From: Thermoplasmatota archaeon
GTDB taxonomy: Archaea > Thermoplasmatota > E2 > DHVEG-1
Direction: 5' to 3'
Assembly: GCA_041650455.1 (NCBI GenBank)
Contig: JBAZLE010000001.1
Location: 157-64,156, forward strand
Length of the DNA: 64,000 nucleotides
Below are positions 62,737-64,000 of this stretch, in pieces. The number at the start of each line of letters is the position of its first letter. The first letter of the stretch is position 1. A program made the translations under genes and the position numbers. The notes under the pieces are model-generated. The model saw nothing but the letters and a program-made list of their open reading frames with translations. It had not been told where the DNA came from and did no database searches.

Positions 62737-63201
62737 ATGAAAACAGCAGATGTCGACAGAATTCTCAAAAAACATGAATATACTAAATCTGCATTAATAC
62801 CCATCCTTCAAGATATCCAAGCAGAACATCGTTGGCTCCCTTGTGAGACCCTCAAGTATGTTTCAGAAAAACTTGACATTCCCCTCATCGATGTCTATAG
62901 CCTCGCTACCTTCTATAAATCATTTAGTCTCAAACCACGAGGAAAACATGTGGTGACAGCGTGTTGTGGAACTGCGTGTCATGTCCGAGGTGGTCCAAAA
63001 GTTCTACAAGAAATACAAAATGAATTACATATTGGTATTGATGAGACCACACCTGATCAGACATTTACTTTAGAAACGGTCCGCTGCCTTGGTGCTTGTG
63101 CACTTGGACCACTTGTAGTTATTGATGGAAAATATCATGGCCAGATGAATACAAAAAAAGTCGCTTCTACATTAAAAAAATACGCGAAGAAAAAGAAATA
63201 A
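62737..63201 (+). CDS. NuoE/HydC-like [2Fe-2S] subunit
   Basis: ATFY..F, CGTACHVRG, CLGAC. Confidence 0.92.
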   Translation: MKTADVDRILKKHEYTKSALIPILQDIQAEHRWLPCETLKYVSEKLDIPLIDVYSLATFYKSFSLKPRGKHVVTACCGTACHVRGGPKVLQEIQNELHIGIDETTPDQTFTLETVRCLGACALGPLVVIDGKYHGQMNTKKVASTLKKYAKKKK

Positions 63202-63246
63202 AGCAGGGTTCAACAGCCTAAAAATTACATCGGTATGTGATAAAAA

Positions 63247-64000
63247 ATGAATAAAATACAAACCGCTTCAGACCTCAAGAATATCAGAGAAACCATAATA
63301 AAAAATACGCGGAAAGGAAAAACTATCGTCACACTGTGCGGTGGAACCGGCTGTCATGCATCAGGTTGTTCAAATGTTATCTCTGCGTTCAAACGGGAAT
63401 TGAAAAAAAATAAACTTCAGAATGCGGTAGATATCAAAGTAACTGGTTGCCATGGATTCTGCGAAAAAGGACCGATTGTAGTGCTTCATCCAAAAGGAAT
63501 TTTCTACAAACAAGTGAAACCCAGGGATGTAAAAGAAATCGTCGAACAGACACTTTTAAAAGGAAAAATCGTCAATCGATTACTTTATATTGATCCATTG
63601 ACTGGAAAAAAAATCACTTTGGAAAAAGACGTACAATTTTATAAAGGGCAAAAACGCATCGTCTTTGCGGATAATGGTTTGCTTGACCCCTATAAAATTG
63701 AGGATTACATTGCAATCGGTGGATATACTGCTGCAGTTAAAGCACTTACTCGCATGTCACCTGAGAAGATTATTGATGAAATAAAGAAATCAGGCTTACG
63801 TGGACGAGGGGGCGCAGGATTCCCTACGGGCGTAAAATGGGAATCATGTCGCAACGCTAAAGGTACAACAAAATATATTATATGCAATGCAGACGAAGGC
63901 GATCCTGGTGCGTACATGGATCGGAGTCTTATTGAAGGAAATCCGTTTAGCATCCTGGAAGGGATGTTGATTGGTGCGTTCTCAATTGGTGCAAATCAAG
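63247..64000 (+). CDS. NuoF/HydB-like flavoprotein subunit (runs off window)
   Basis: Not in ORF track. Hand translation shows N-terminal CGGTGC..GCHGFCEKGP, SGLRGRGGAGFPTG, CNADEGDPGAYMDR. Confidence 0.93.
   Translation, partial: MNKIQTASDLKNIRETIIKNTRKGKTIVTLCGGTGCHASGCSNVISAFKRELKKNKLQNAVDIKVTGCHGFCEKGPIVVLHPKGIFYKQVKPRDVKEIVEQTLLKGKIVNRLLYIDPLTGKKITLEKDVQFYKGQKRIVFADNGLLDPYKIEDYIAIGGYTAAVKALTRMSPEKIIDEIKKSGLRGRGGAGFPTGVKWESCRNAKGTTKYIICNADEGDPGAYMDRSLIEGNPFSILEGMLIGAFSIGANQ

Overview
Chromosomal window from an anaerobic archaeon. Archaeal markers include TFB, NAC, eS1, ABCE1, NreA, a BHB-intron tRNA and archaeal RNase P RNA. The signal-peptide and PKD-rich secretome suggests Thermoplasmatota, probably the DHVEG-1/MBG-D group (inference). 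Most of the window is housekeeping or metabolic: aminotransferase, glyA, oapABC/arvABC, Mre11-Rad50-like pair, pyrG, nfnAB, gdhA, and the start of a HydCB/NuoEF-like operon. The standout is 5.26-11.7 kb. The last 29 nt of the RNase P RNA gene recur downstream as a perfect copy at 9116, a 4-mismatch copy at 9756 and a decayed copy at 10923. The copies divide an AT-rich island into same-orientation, integrase-free cassettes: a secreted variable-protein cluster, RelE plus antitoxin, Fic, and a following Imm5-like gene. This looks like an rnpB-anchored, sequentially growing gene-cassette array. Other notable signals are a shared promoter/leader motif upstream of tfb and csp-DEAD helicase, a tRNA-Gly with C33, conserved-leader/variable-body secreted genes, and a long hairpin between oapA and a coiled-coil gene. 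All calls come from reading the sequence by eye; no database searches were run.
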